From NCBI RefSeq assembly GCF_018350175.1, contig NC_058368.1, forward strand, positions 90,956,001 to 91,020,000: 64,000 nt of DNA. Direction: 5' to 3'. Position numbers and translations under genes: made by a program. The DNA comes from Felis catus. Lineage: Eukaryota. This document shows, one piece after another, positions 37,458 to 50,300 of this stretch. The notes under the pieces are model-generated. The model had not been told where the DNA came from and did no database searches. It was given only the letters and a program-made list of their open reading frames with translations. The stretch's first letter is position 1; each line of letters starts with the position of its first letter.

Positions 37458-38759
37458 CCAGGATAACAAGCTGTCAGAGCTGCCCATCTCCTGCTCTTGG
37501 CTCCTGTTGCCCTCTGTACACAGCATTTCCCCACGAGAAGTTGCTGGTCCCCACGGGTGGCTGCTCTACAGTAGATAGAAGAAGCCAGGATCCCTGCAGG
37601 CCAAGGCTCCCCTGACTGGAGGCATCTGTGGCAGGACCCTATCTTTCTAGTGCCTAACAACGGGGATTTGGGTTCCTGGCATTCCCTGTGCTGGGGGGGA
37701 CCCTTCTTCTGCATGGCAGCTAGGGCTTTTTTTGCTCATGTCTCAGGCAAAGGATGACGAGGCAAGAAGCTTCCAAGAGCTGTCCCCAGTTTTAGAGTCT
37801 CCAGAAGGGATCAGGCAGGATGCCTCAGAGAATCAGGGACAGGACGGGAGAAGGGGAAACTGAATTGCATCCAGGGAATGCCAAAGCACCCACCCTCCAG
37901 GGGAATCAGTGGGTCGCAGAGGCCGAGCTCACCCACAGCCCGTGGAGCACAGGGTGCTGCCTGCACCAAGCCCCGCATTTGAGGGTGGGGACAGGGACAA
38001 AGCTCTGCCACCCCAGCAGCCATCTGATCCCCACTGCAAGGAGGAGGCTCCCCACTGTCCTCATTACTGTCCCCAGTTTAGCATCAAGGAATCCCAGGAG
38101 CAGAAAGATTAAGTGACTTAGACAAGCCACTCAGCCCAGGAGGAGCTGGGGCCCAGCGCGGGGCCATGGGATCCAATGTTGTTAACACGCCCCGGAGCGG
38201 TCCCCATACTTTGCCAGCACTGAGGGATGAGTTGGGGAAACTGAAATTGGCAGAAACAAAAACGTTTAACCTGGAGAAGAGAGACCCTGGGTCCTGAGTC
38301 TGCAAAGGGCTCAGAAGCATCGTGTGGTAGATGCTGGTTCTGTAGGTTCAAGGGCGCCTGTGTGTTTGCTGTCCTGGGGGTTTGCAAATCCCACAGGGAG
38401 GACTTTGCCACGCTGACCTCTTCACCTGGGATGCCCTCTCTGCTGCTGCTACTCCAGCTCAGAGTTGGCGCTCCCCATCAAGCCCAGCAAGGGTCTTCCA
38501 AAAGGCCCACAAGGAAGGGGGTCCACGGCCCTCCAGCACTGGCCTCAGGGACACGTTTGGTCCCCATCTGCCTCCCCCACAGAGCTGGCTGCCCATCTAC
38601 GGGGGATGGGGTGCACGGAGCCTTGAGAAGACCCTTCTCAGTGACAAGAGAAGACTGTTGTCCTCTATCCATGGAACGATTGTCCCCTCATTTCTCACTG
38701 GACCTGCTCCTTCTCATCCTTCACGTGTCAACTGAAATGTCACCTCCTCAGGGGAACTA
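37458..38759 (-). repeat. Right arm of 1.3 kb inverted duplication
   Basis: Reverse-complement copy of 33947-35248 with the same length. Confidence 0.97.
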
Positions 38760-39466
38760 AGCCTGAACTCTAGTCCAGGGTGGGCTCCAGGCCTGGTGGG
38801 AAAGGAGAAGAGAACCAGAGCAGATGCCACAGCTGTGCTGACAGGGAGATGCCATTTTGGGCTCCTGGGCCTGACAGAGCTCCAGGCCCTTGGGACCCTC
38901 AGCTGAGGCCCCTTGGACCCTCTCTCCCACCCCAGGCAGACTGTGGAGTCCTTATCCCTGCACAATTCAGTCAGGCAACCACCCATCTCCTCAGCCTGCG
39001 ACAAGGAGTAGACACAATTTACCAGAGAGAGAGAGGGGAGAGGAGTGCCCATGGGTGGTCTTGACCCTGCACAGGTGTGAGTGGGCCTTGCCCAGAGATG
39101 AGGGGCCTTGCTTCAGTGGAGGCAAGTTCTGGAAGAGGAGCTGCCTAAGGAGATGCTGTGGGACACACACCACCAGGGCTGGCCCTTCGTCTCCCTGGTT
39201 TTAACATGGTGGCCACACTGGGGAAACCAGCCTTTGGGCACTTGGGCGCCCCTTCTTGGGTATTCAAGTGTGTGAATGGATGGAAAGAGCTGGCTGTGGT
39301 CATGCACACTCCTAGCTGGGCAGCCCGGCTTCTTGGCCTCTCCATTCACTGCTGGGTTCCAGGCCTGGTGTCTGTGATGGCCAAGGAGTAGGTTTGCATG
39401 CTACTGGGTCTAAGCCCACTTGACACTCACTCTGCCCTCTCTGAATCTCTGTCTGTTCCTCTGTAA

Positions 39467-40303
<837 letters not shown>

Positions 40304-40374
40304 AAGCATATTTTATTTTGGAGACTGTTGTTGTGTTTAACCTCATCTCGTTTTTGAAAAGTGCCTTTGATGTA

Positions 40375-40412
40375 GTAATAATAATTATGATAATAATAAT
40401 AATAATAACAAT
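40375..40412. repeat. (AAT)n microsatellite
   Basis: Direct reading, imperfect. Confidence 0.9.
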
Positions 40413-40602
40413 GAAACAACCACGATGGCTACGATCATTGAGCTCTTACTGAGTGACTATGTACCAGGCCCCTGTAGGCATGCATTATCTTAGGCAATCC
40501 TCACACTAATTCTGCAAGACTAGTAGATATAAAATCTTGCCTGCCTTGAACATATATGCGCTTCCCCAAGAATTACACTGCCTTCCAACCCGGCTGAAAG
40601 TC

Positions 40603-41403
40603 CTGCTGAAGGAAAACTCTCTGTTTTCCATACTCACACCAGCTCTTCTGACACCATATGTGTGGGTTTTCCATAACAAGTGCTCCCGACACTACCCAGA
40701 GTTAGCACGGACCCCACGGGGTAAGGGCTCAGTCCCACAAGACTGGCCTCACTTCGGATGCCACTCACAAGTCCTGGGTTGTCACCTGTACAACCTCGTC
40801 AGAAGACCCAACCAGCCGTAAATCAAGGGTTCCCATGACTGCCTCCTCGGGTTCAACTGTTTGCTTGGTTCGGTTCACAGAACTCAGGAAAACCCTCCTT
40901 ACTGTCACTGGTATATTATAAAGGATGCAACTCAGGAAGAGTCAAATGGAAGAGATGCATGGGGCAAGGTAGGTGGGAAGGGTTGACAGCTTCCCTGCCC
41001 TCTCCGGGCACACCACCCTCCCAGCACCTCAGTGTGTTCACCAACCTGGAAGCTCTCAAAACTCCATGGTTTACAGTTTTTCTGGCAGTGTTATTGGCCA
41101 TGGTGATTCAGTCGTCTTTCTCCCTAGGAGCCTGGGGCGGAAGTGGGGGGGGGCAGTGCTAAAAGTTCCAACCTTCTGATCACCCAGTTGGTTCCTCTGG
41201 CAACTGGCTTCCCCCATCCTGAAGCCATCTAGGTCCCACCAAGAGTCACCTCATTAGCATAAACTCAGGTACCCTTGAAAGGGGCTTATTATGAATAATA
41301 AACTTCTCCTGTCACCCCTGTCACTTGGAAATTATAGGGTTTAGGAGGTCTGTGTCAGGAACTAGGGGGAAGAGACCAGTAGATATTTATTATTATGTCA
41401 CAC
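40603..41403. mobile_element. MER21-like ERV solo LTR
   Basis: TG...CA ends; ttctgacacca...gggctcagtcccacaagactg and aagagtcacctcattagcataaactcagg motifs. Confidence 0.7.
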
Positions 41404-42051
41404 TTGGGTTACTTAACTCCTAGCCCCACCATTAACCTGGTGTGAAGGGTCCCTCTGACACACATACCTGGTGCTGCATGAGCCAGTAGGAGGAAGTCTA
41501 GAATTTTTCTCGGTTTTGCCAGTTAACTTCAGTTTATTCATTTCCACCTTCATGATCTGACTGTATCCCAACTTTGGGTAATAGGATGGTTTGGTTAGTT
41601 TCTTGAAAAGCCTGAGGATTACAAAAATTCCTAAATTGAAATGTATTTTATCATAGCCAAAGAAAAAAGTGTTTTATGACATAAATTGGAGGAGCTGAGG
41701 AACAGTAGTTGGGCCACGTCTTTTTTCCCTGTGGCACCCAGCAAGCATTTATTGGACACATGCTTGTCCCAGGGCATGGCAGACAGCCTGGGGCTCAGAG
41801 ACAAGGGGGGGATGTCTGCCCTTCTAATCTGAGCTCTGCCTCCCAGTGTAGTCAGGGAGATGAGGCACCCTGTTTGAGTGCGTGTTGCCCTGACAGTTAA
41901 GACCCTATAAGGCACTGTGTCCTCATTTAGGGCTGTGCACACCCAGGACAGAGTCCCTGGGGGCTGATGGAAGTCATGACCCTTTGGTGGTCTTGGGGAG
42001 GAGGGAGATGGAGAAATCATGAATAAGTGAGAAAGGATGACCTTCCAGGGC

Positions 42052-43926
42052 AACGCTGTCCCACAGAACCTTCTGCAGTGCTGAGAATGCTCAAAATTCT
42101 TCCCTGCCCAATGTGGCAGCCACTAGCCAACCCTTGAGCACTTAAAATGTGGCTGACACGATGGGAGAACTGAATTTTTACCTTATTGATATTCAGTGGA
42201 GTTTTAAAATTTTAACTTAAAAATATTTTTTTAAAGTTTACTTATTTATTTTGAGAGAGACAGAGCACAAGCAGGAGAGGGGCAGAGAGAGAGGGAGAGA
42301 CAGAATCTCAAGTAGGTTCCACATTGTCAGTGCAGTGGGTCTTGAACCCATGAAACCATGAGATCATGACCTGAGCTGAAATCAAGAGTTGGACGCTTAA
42401 CTGACTGAGTCACCCAGGGGCCCTAAAATTTTTTTTAATTGTGGTAAAATACATATAAAGTTTACCACCTTCACAATTTTATTTTTATTTTATTTTATTT
42501 TTTCTAATTTTTTAATGTTTATTTATTTCTGAGAGACAAAGACAGAGCATGAGCAGGGGAGGGGCAGAGAGAGAGGGAGACACAGAATCCGAAGCAGGCT
42601 CCAGGCTCTGAGCTGTCAGCACAGAGCCTGATGTGGGGCTCGAACTCACCAACCGTGAGATCATGACCTCAGCTAAAATCAGTCACTTAACTGACTGAGC
42701 CACCCAGGTGCCCCCTACATTCACTATTTTAAAAGTGTATAGTTCATTGGGGCAGTTAAGCGTCTGACTTAGGCTCAGGTCATAATCTCATGGTTTGTGG
42801 GTTGGAGCCCTTCGTCAGGCTCTGTGCTGACAGCTCAGAGCCTGTAGCCTGCTTCAGATTCTGTGTCTCGCTCTCTCTCTGTGCTCCTCTCGTACTCACA
42901 CTCACTCTCTTGCCTTCTCTCTCTCTCTCTCAAAAATAAATAAACATTTAAAGAAATAAAGTGTGCAGTCCTGGGACATTAACTATGTTCACACCACTGT
43001 TCAACCATCCCTAACATCCATCCATCAGAACTCTCTCATCTTGTCCCCATTAAACACTAACTCCTACTCTCCCCTCCCCTGGCCCCTGGAAATCACCCTT
43101 CTACTTTCTGTCCCTGTGGTTCTGACTAATTTAGTTACCTCATATAAGAGGAGTCATATGCTATTTATCTTTTTGTGACTGGCTTATTTCACTTAGCATA
43201 ACGCCTGCAAGGTTCATCCATGTTGTGGCGTGTGCCAGAATGTCCTTTTTAAGGATGAATACAATCCCCTTGTGTGCATCCATTGCCTTGTGTTTATTCG
43301 TTCATCTGTCGATGAGCACTTGAGTTGCTTCCGCTTCTTGGTTACTGTGAATAATGCTGTTGTGCATGTGGGTGTACAAATATCTCTTCATGTCCCTGCT
43401 TTTCAGTCTTTTGGAGTATATACCTAGAAGTGGAATTTCAGGATTATATGATAGTTCTATTTTTTTTTAACATTTACTTATTTTATTTTTGAGACAGAGA
43501 CAGAGACAGAGAGAGTGCTCAGGTGAGCAGGGTGGGGAGGGGCAGAGAGAGAGGGAGACCCAGAATCCGAAGCAGGCTCCAGGCTCCACGCTGTCAGCAC
43601 AGACCCTGATGCGGGGCTCAAACTCACCAACCGCGAGATCATAACCTGAGCCGAAGTCAGACGCTTAGCTGACTGAGCCACCCAGGCGCCCCTAAGGTAG
43701 CTCTATTTTGTATTTTTTGAGGAACCTCCATACTGTTTTCCACAGCAGCGCACCATTTTACATTCCTTCCCAGCAGTGCCCGAGGGTTCCAGTCTCTCTG
43801 CATCCTCACCAACACTTGTTATTTTTGATAGTAGCCATCCAGTGGGTAATTTAATTCATTCGTAATTCATTGACATTTGGATTTAGATCACCATTGTGGC
43901 GAGTGGCCACCCTATTGGACAGTGGC
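42052..43926. mobile_element. Nested stack: MER3/MER33-like hAT MITE split by an L1 3' fragment (~42430-43850, minus) and four SINEs
   Basis: MITE start gctgtcccacagaaccttctgcagtg...aaatgtggct and end gtggccaccctattggacag. L1 3' motifs tggcttatttcacttagcataa and gaggaacctccatactgttttcc. SINEs at ~42225-42424(-), 42481-42715(-), 42748-42960(+), 43464-43692(-). Confidence 0.75.
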
Positions 43927-44399
43927 CCTGAGACCCGAGGGTGCTGGCTCACCTGGAGCTGTAGCCGGAGCCCCAACTGGCCCTAGAAGGCCTGGCCAGG
44001 GCAGATCTCCTTCTCCCTGTGAGTACACAGCTGGTTATGGGGCTTCCCAGCCCTGGAGCCAAACCAGCAACGTGGAGGACAGATGTGGCGGCAGCTGGCC
44101 CGGACTGCGCTCCAAGTGAGGCATTTGGTCAGCTGTGTGGACAGCCACGGCCAGGGCGGAAACACTTCCAGTGTCTGAGGCATAGGGACCCCACCCTGGA
44201 CAGACACAGCCTGTCCCCTGAGGAAGACCATAAAGACCCTGGGAGGGGGGTCTGGTGGGGGTTCTGATGGCAGGGACCCAGGGAATGAAGGCTCTGAGGA
44301 GGAGCAGGGGCCGAGGTGGATGGGAGGCGGGTATGGCTGGACCCTGGCAGCTCTAAGCTGGGCTGTTTTCTATCATTCGGGGTGATACTGCTGCACAGA

Positions 44400-44826
44400 T
44401 CCCTTTGGGGCCTCTTTGCAGCAGAGTCTGGGCTGGGATGTGGGTCCTGGTGTGACATAGACATTTCAGGTTCTTCAGATATCCATGTGCTCTCTTCTTC
44501 CCTCCCAATTACCAGCCTCCCTTGTACCTAATTTGGAGCTGTGTGGCTAGTTTTCTCTCATGGTCTGTGTAGAAGGAAGTGATGTGTTACCTCTTGGCCA
44601 AGGCGATTAAGAGCCAGTGTGTCCCTTCCTTCTGTTTCTTTCCCTAACACAGTGACCCTGGAAGCCATATATCCCAGTAAGTGCAGGTACAGAACGAGGC
44701 AGGACCACCCAACCTCTGCTGGCCTGTGATGTGTATAAAGAAACACATGCCAGCTTTATTGTGTTAGCTACTGATGTGGTGGAGACTTTGTTATGCAGCA
44801 GAGCTCATCCTGGGCTGACTGATACA
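44400..44826. mobile_element. MaLR LTR (MLT1J/H-like)
   Basis: gaagtgatgtgttacctct...ctttattgtgttagctactga...ggctgactgataca end. Confidence 0.55.
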
Positions 44827-44835
44827 CCTGGCACT

Positions 44836-45340
44836 TGATCATTCTGTCAACAACGGTTCATTGGGCATATCCTGTATGTCAGGCAAGGGGTATAGCTGTG
44901 AGCACAACAAGACACAGCCATATCTTGCATTCTGGTGGGGAGCACAGACAATATTCAAGTGAAAATCAAAAGAGGTAATTTCAGATAAGGACAATGAAAG
45001 AAATAAAACAGTGAGGTGGAGAAAGGAGAAGGGCTGGGAAATGTGGGCCACTTTATACAGGTGGTCAGGAAGACATACACAGAAAGTAACACTGCAGCTA
45101 AGACTCGAATGATATTGGATGACTGTGGGAAGAGGCAGGATGGAGTGTTCAGAGAGAATGGGTGGTGCAAAGGCCCTGAGGCAAGAATGAGGTCAGCACA
45201 TTTGAAGGTGTGAGAAAGGACTGGTGTGTGGGGAACAAGGGGCCCAGGTAGGAAGGGAAGTTGCAGATGAACAAGGCCAGTCACTGGATGTTGAGAGGGA
45301 CTTGGATGTGACCCGAAGGGCAGTGGGAAATCTCCCGAGG
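44836..45340. mobile_element. L2 3' remnant
   Basis: tcattc...caacaa...tgcaaaggccctgaggcaagaatgag motifs. Confidence 0.65.
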
Positions 45341-45625
45341 TGCCACTTCCTTCCTGCATTTACGGGCAAAGACATTTTATTCTTAGGGAAGTGGAAATTA
45401 ATCAATCCATCCCTCTCTCTATCCAAGACTCTCTGGAGGGTGAAAAGGGTTGTAAATGTTTGCTGAACATCACAAGAGTCACCTCAGTGCAGAAAAGATC
45501 CTACGGCATTCAGACCTCTGACCCCCACCAACGCACTCCAGCACCTCCTGCCAGGTCCAGTTTCCTTCCTTTCCTCCCTAAATCTAGAAACTAACGTTCC
45601 TTGTTTAATAAAAGATACTCTATTT

Positions 45626-45783
45626 GGGGGCGCCTGGGTGGCTCAGTCGGTTGGGCATCTGACTTTGGTTCAGGTCATGATCTCACTGTTCATGGGTTCG
45701 AGCCCCACGTTGGGCTCTATGCTGACAGCTTGGAATCTGGAGCCTGCTTCAGATTCTGTGTCTCCCTCTTTCTCTGCCCCTCT

Positions 45784-45828
<45 letters not shown>

Positions 45829-45858
45829 GCTCTCTCTCTCAAAAATAAATAAATTAAA
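45626..45858 (+). mobile_element. CAN-SINE with long (CT)n
   Basis: TSD aaaa(g/a)atact(c/g)tattt. Confidence 0.92.
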
Positions 45859-47067
45859 AAAATACTGTATTTAACAGAGACAATAAATTATTTATGATGG
45901 AAAATGAGAATATAAATCCGGCAGGAATGTGAATGTCTTCCACCTACCAATTATTGCCTATTACCTCATTTTAACGGTGGCATCACATTGCATCATATAG
46001 CATGCCTTTTATGTAACTGATTATTGATATGACATAGTCACATAACAAAATTTATTTCCCTGTTAGATGTCAGACTGGACACTAGCTGTAATGAACACCC
46101 TTACAGCTAAATCTGTCACTCATCCATTACTGTTTCCTTAAACTGAGTCCCTAAAAGTGTAGTGCCTGGTCAACAGGTATGGGCATTTTAAAGTTTTCTG
46201 TGCCAGAATGTTCTCTGTTAGGGTTTCACCTGTTAATGCTCCACTGAGCAAATGCCTGTCTCCCCTCCTCCTACCACTGAGTCCTTTTTAGCTATGGTAA
46301 TTTGAAAGCAATGCTGAGATATATTTTTTGTCTTTAAGTTGTATTTATTTGATGGTAATGAAGTCGCATCTATAAAAATATATATGTACTTTAAAACAGC
46401 AATCATCTTACATGTTTAGTATTGGCCTATTCATGTTCTTTATTCTATGGGGACATTAGTTTCTATCTTGTTAATTTGAAGAACATTTATATTTGAATAG
46501 GTTCACTTTTTGTCTGTCATGTGGGTGGAAAATATTCCCTGTAATTCTGTTTTTTGCCCTTTGTTTTGGGGCAGTTTGCTATGGTTTACATTTTTGTGTG
46601 TAGTGGTGTCCTGAGATCTTTCTCTCCCTGGGTTTTCCCTTGGGTGCCATGTTTGGCACTTCACACCCTCCCCCAGAAGTTAATCTTCTAGAGCTTTGCT
46701 CTGGTCACCCTGGCAGACTCCTGTGGCTTCTTGTCAGCAGACCGTTTCCCAAACTTGTGGCCCTACACTAACCACCTGGCCATTCTTGCTGAGTTCAGCC
46801 ACATCAGAGACCCAGAATGTCTCTGATTACCAAACTCCTGGGGCCCAGGGCAGAATGAAGGTGTGGCTCTCTTGTTTGGAGATCAGGAAAAAGTGCCCTT
46901 AAAGGTACATATAAAGGCTTTTTCCTTTTTCCTGTGATCTCTGTCTCTCAAATTGTCAAGATTTAAAAATCATCTACTGATTGTCACTGTAAACAATGAA
47001 AAATTAGAATTTTAAAGTATTATCATGAATTTTACCAGTTACCTTTATATTGTAAAAAGCTTATTTT

Positions 47068-47111
47068 ATTTTATATTATATTTGTTTTTTAAATGTTTAT
47101 TTCTTTATTTT

Positions 47112-47152
<41 letters not shown>

Positions 47153-47331
47153 TGCATGTGCGGGCACATGCCCCTTTGCAGGGAAGGGGCAGAAAGAGGG
47201 AGAATCCCAAGCAGGTTCTGTGCTGTCAGCATGGAGCCTGACTCAGAGCTTGATCCCACGAACCGTGAGATCGAGACCTGAGCTAAAATCAAGAGTCGGA
47301 TGCTTAACTGACTGAGCCACCCAGGCGCCCC
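47068..47331 (-). mobile_element. CAN-SINE (older of tandem pair)
   Basis: TSD gta(a/c)aaagcttatttt at 47052-47067 and 47332-47347. Confidence 0.92.
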
Positions 47332-47347
47332 GTACAAAGCTTATTTT

Positions 47348-47570
47348 ATTTTATTTTATTTATTTATTTTTTAAACGTTTATTTATTTTTGAGACAGAGA
47401 CAGAGCATGAATGGGGGAGGGTCAGAGAGAGAGGGAGACAGAATCCGAAACAGGCTCCAGGCTCTGAGCAGTCAGCACAGAGCCCGATGCGGGGCTCGAA
47501 CTCACGGACCGCGAGATCATGACCTGAGCTGAAGTTGGACGTTTAACCGACTGAGCCACCCAGGCGCCCC
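47348..47570 (-). mobile_element. CAN-SINE (younger of tandem pair)
   Basis: TSD acaaagcttatttt at 47334-47347 and 47571-47584; CpG-rich. Confidence 0.92.
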
Positions 47571-49418
47571 ACAAAGCTTATTTTAAATGCAGATATTACG
47601 CATTTAACTTGGATGCAGAATCACCAAAATTAAACAGACTTGTGTTTCATGGCTCATGCCCGGAGGGTGCCAGAAGTTCACACAAAACACAAGCCAGACT
47701 CAGAACGGTTGGAAGGAGGAAGAGAGGAGCCCCCAGGAATGGAGCCAGTGGAGGGAGTGCTCTCTTAGACGCAGATTATCACAGGTGCCCCAGGTCACAG
47801 CCAGCAGCAGGAGATATGCCCTCTGGGCCTGACAGCTGCTTTGTCCCCTGACTGCTGCCCCTGGAAGAGCACATCATGCTTGTGCCCTGGTATGGGGTGG
47901 GGATCTGGGGACATTAAGCCTGGCATCTCCCCTTCCCTCAGGCCCACCACCCCAACCCAGGGCAGATGGTCGAGGCTCTTTACACCTTAGCAACTGGATG
48001 GGGGTGCCCAAGAGACTCGCCTCCACTGAGACCCATGTGGGGCTGCCCTGGGTGGGACCACCACTGCCATGTCCTGGCCCGAGAGACCACGGGGCATGTG
48101 CACCCACCTTGCACCTGCATGCAGGCCCCTGCCCAGGGCAGAGAGTGGCAGTGATCACAGGGTGGGGAGTCGGACACCAAGACCTTGTCCTGTGGAGTCA
48201 GGACCACTCGTGAGCCAAGACCTCACTATCCTGTTGGATTTTACTTACAAAACACAAATTCAAAAGTGAAATGAGGAATGTCAAGACAGCAACCTCAGAG
48301 CATTAAACCCCAAGTGCAGGGCCCTTCTGGGTATGGGCCCTGGTCGCTGGCCCATGAACTCAGCAACATGAGCCCTGCACTGAGACCCCTTAGCCCAACC
48401 CGACCCTCTCCAGACACCTGATGTGGCCTGTGCTCCCTGCTTTGGGCCCCATTCTCCATGGCCCTTCTCCATCCTCTGCTTGTCCAGAGGCTCTCAGCCC
48501 AAAGCTACACCGACTCTCAGCTTTCTGTCCAGATGAAGAAGGCTGTGCCTGAGAGAGTGCTGGGGCCAGATTACTGGCAGTGGCCTCGTCCTCTGGGGCC
48601 CTCACACTGGTTTTTAGCTCCCAAATTCCAGAGGCTCAAAGGTTGCTAGCAAACCCAGGATGAGGCCCTGTCCTTTTGGCCTCGGGGTCCTTAGCCTAGT
48701 CAGAGAGGCTGTGAAGCCCCACTGAGAGCTTCTATCCACTGCTTGTGGGAGGAAGGGTCTCCTTCCCAGCGCTGGGAGGGCTGTAAGGGCAGAACTGTGA
48801 GCCGTGAGCAGATATGTGGCCTGTCCAGCCAGGCTGGCTCCTCCAGGCCCCATTGCCACACCGCCGCTGGGCCCCACCTGGGCTCCCTGCTTAGATGTGG
48901 CTCTCCCGCAGCCGGCCTCCCTCTGCCGCATCCCATTCCTGCTCCTCCCAGCCTTCAACCCTGGCTCATGCTGTGGCTCCTCTGGGCCCAGCCTTGGGAA
49001 TGAGGAGCTTCCCTCTGCCCAGGACTCCCCTCTTCCACGGGCTCTCCTGGTGCACTGGAAACCACTGTCCTGTTTCACCCTTTCTCCTTAGAAAAGTGCT
49101 CCCCTCTGTGTCTGGTGCTCCCAAGCTAGGTTGCAGTCAGCACACCTGAACACACCTGCTGGGTGTGTAGAGGAATCACCACATTTTCACAGACCTGCTC
49201 TGCCAGTGCCTGACTGGTCTCTGCCTCCAAACTTGGTGTGTGACAGCGTGTGCCTGGATGCAGCCCCCATGCTCACGGCACGTCCAGTTACCTTGCTAGG
49301 CACAGATGGTGGCTTTTCTCCTGGCTCCGGTGAATGGGAGGCCAGGGACAAATACCTTCGGAGGAGACTAGAGCCATGATTCAAGTAACATGTTTACATA
49401 TGCATTTTGTAAAGTAAA

Positions 49419-49615
49419 GGGGTGCCTGGGTGGCTCAGACTTCAGCTCAGGTCATGATCTCACCATTTGTGAGTTCAAGCCCCGTGTCGGGCTCTGTGCT
49501 GACAGCTTGGAGCCTGGAGCCTGCTTCGGATTCTGTGTCTCCCTCTCTCTCTGTGCCCCTCCCCACTTGCACTCTCTCTCTGCCTCTCTCAAAATAAATA
49601 AACTTAAAAAAAAAA
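49419..49615 (+). mobile_element. CAN-SINE with short deletion in the head
   Basis: gtggctcag joined directly to acttcagctcagg. Confidence 0.88.
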
Positions 49616-50074
49616 AGTAAAGCAAAACTTGTGCCAAAACTTTAGCAAATCTACACCTTGGGGCCAAGACCCAAAAAGCCTTCTCATGTGGGTTATTGCC
49701 TTTAGCTAAAGCACCAAACAATCCTGCTTTTCCCTGAGACACCAAAGGCCTTGATGGGATCTCAGTATCCACAAAGACCTACAATTTCCTATCTGAGCTG
49801 CTGGTCTGATTGTATTCCTTGTGGATGTGGGTGAGGCTGACCATTGCGTTGGGTGATGGCTTGCCCCAGAAGGTGGCCCACGATCCTCTTTACCTTTGGG
49901 TATGTCTGCCAGAGGCCGCCAAGGCCGTCACTGTCTGCTCTGGAAGTGCCACTCTTTTTGGATGGCAAACATTTTAAAACATCAATTTTATGTTAAACTA
50001 ACCTTGGGTGTGTTACTATTGAGTTAAAGCAAAATTCACAGCAGCTTTTTCCAGATAAACAGAGATACTAAAGT

Positions 50075-50300
50075 AAGGTTGCCAAAAATATAACCCAAGG
50101 GCCAAATCTGGCCTGTCATCCTTTTTTTTTTTTTTTAATAAAGTTTTGGGATATAGCCACACCTGTTCATTTGTGAATTGTCTGTGGCTCCTTTTGTGCT
50201 CTAATAGCAGAGCTGAGTAGCTGGGACGAGGATATGTGGCCCAGGAAGCTGAAAACAGTCACTCACTGGCGTTCATGAAGTATTTGGTATCAGGCTCTAA
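50075..50300. mobile_element. MER58A-like hAT MITE
   Basis: gggccaaatctggcc...aataaagtttt...agccacac...agcagagctgagtag. Confidence 0.75.

Larger units (their letters stand above)
46815..48365 (-). mobile_element. MER45B-like hAT-Tip100 DNA transposon interrupted by two SINEs
   Basis: Terminal motifs ggggcccagggcagaatgaaggtg (~46840) and agagcattaaaccccaagtgcagggcccttctg (~48300) match MER45 ends as I recall them. Confidence 0.65.

Noticed and set aside
33947..38759. Inverted arms as terminal inverted repeats of a DNA transposon
   Set aside because: No TSD seen, no transposase in the spacer, and the arms include decayed L2/MIR fragments, indicating duplicated host DNA.
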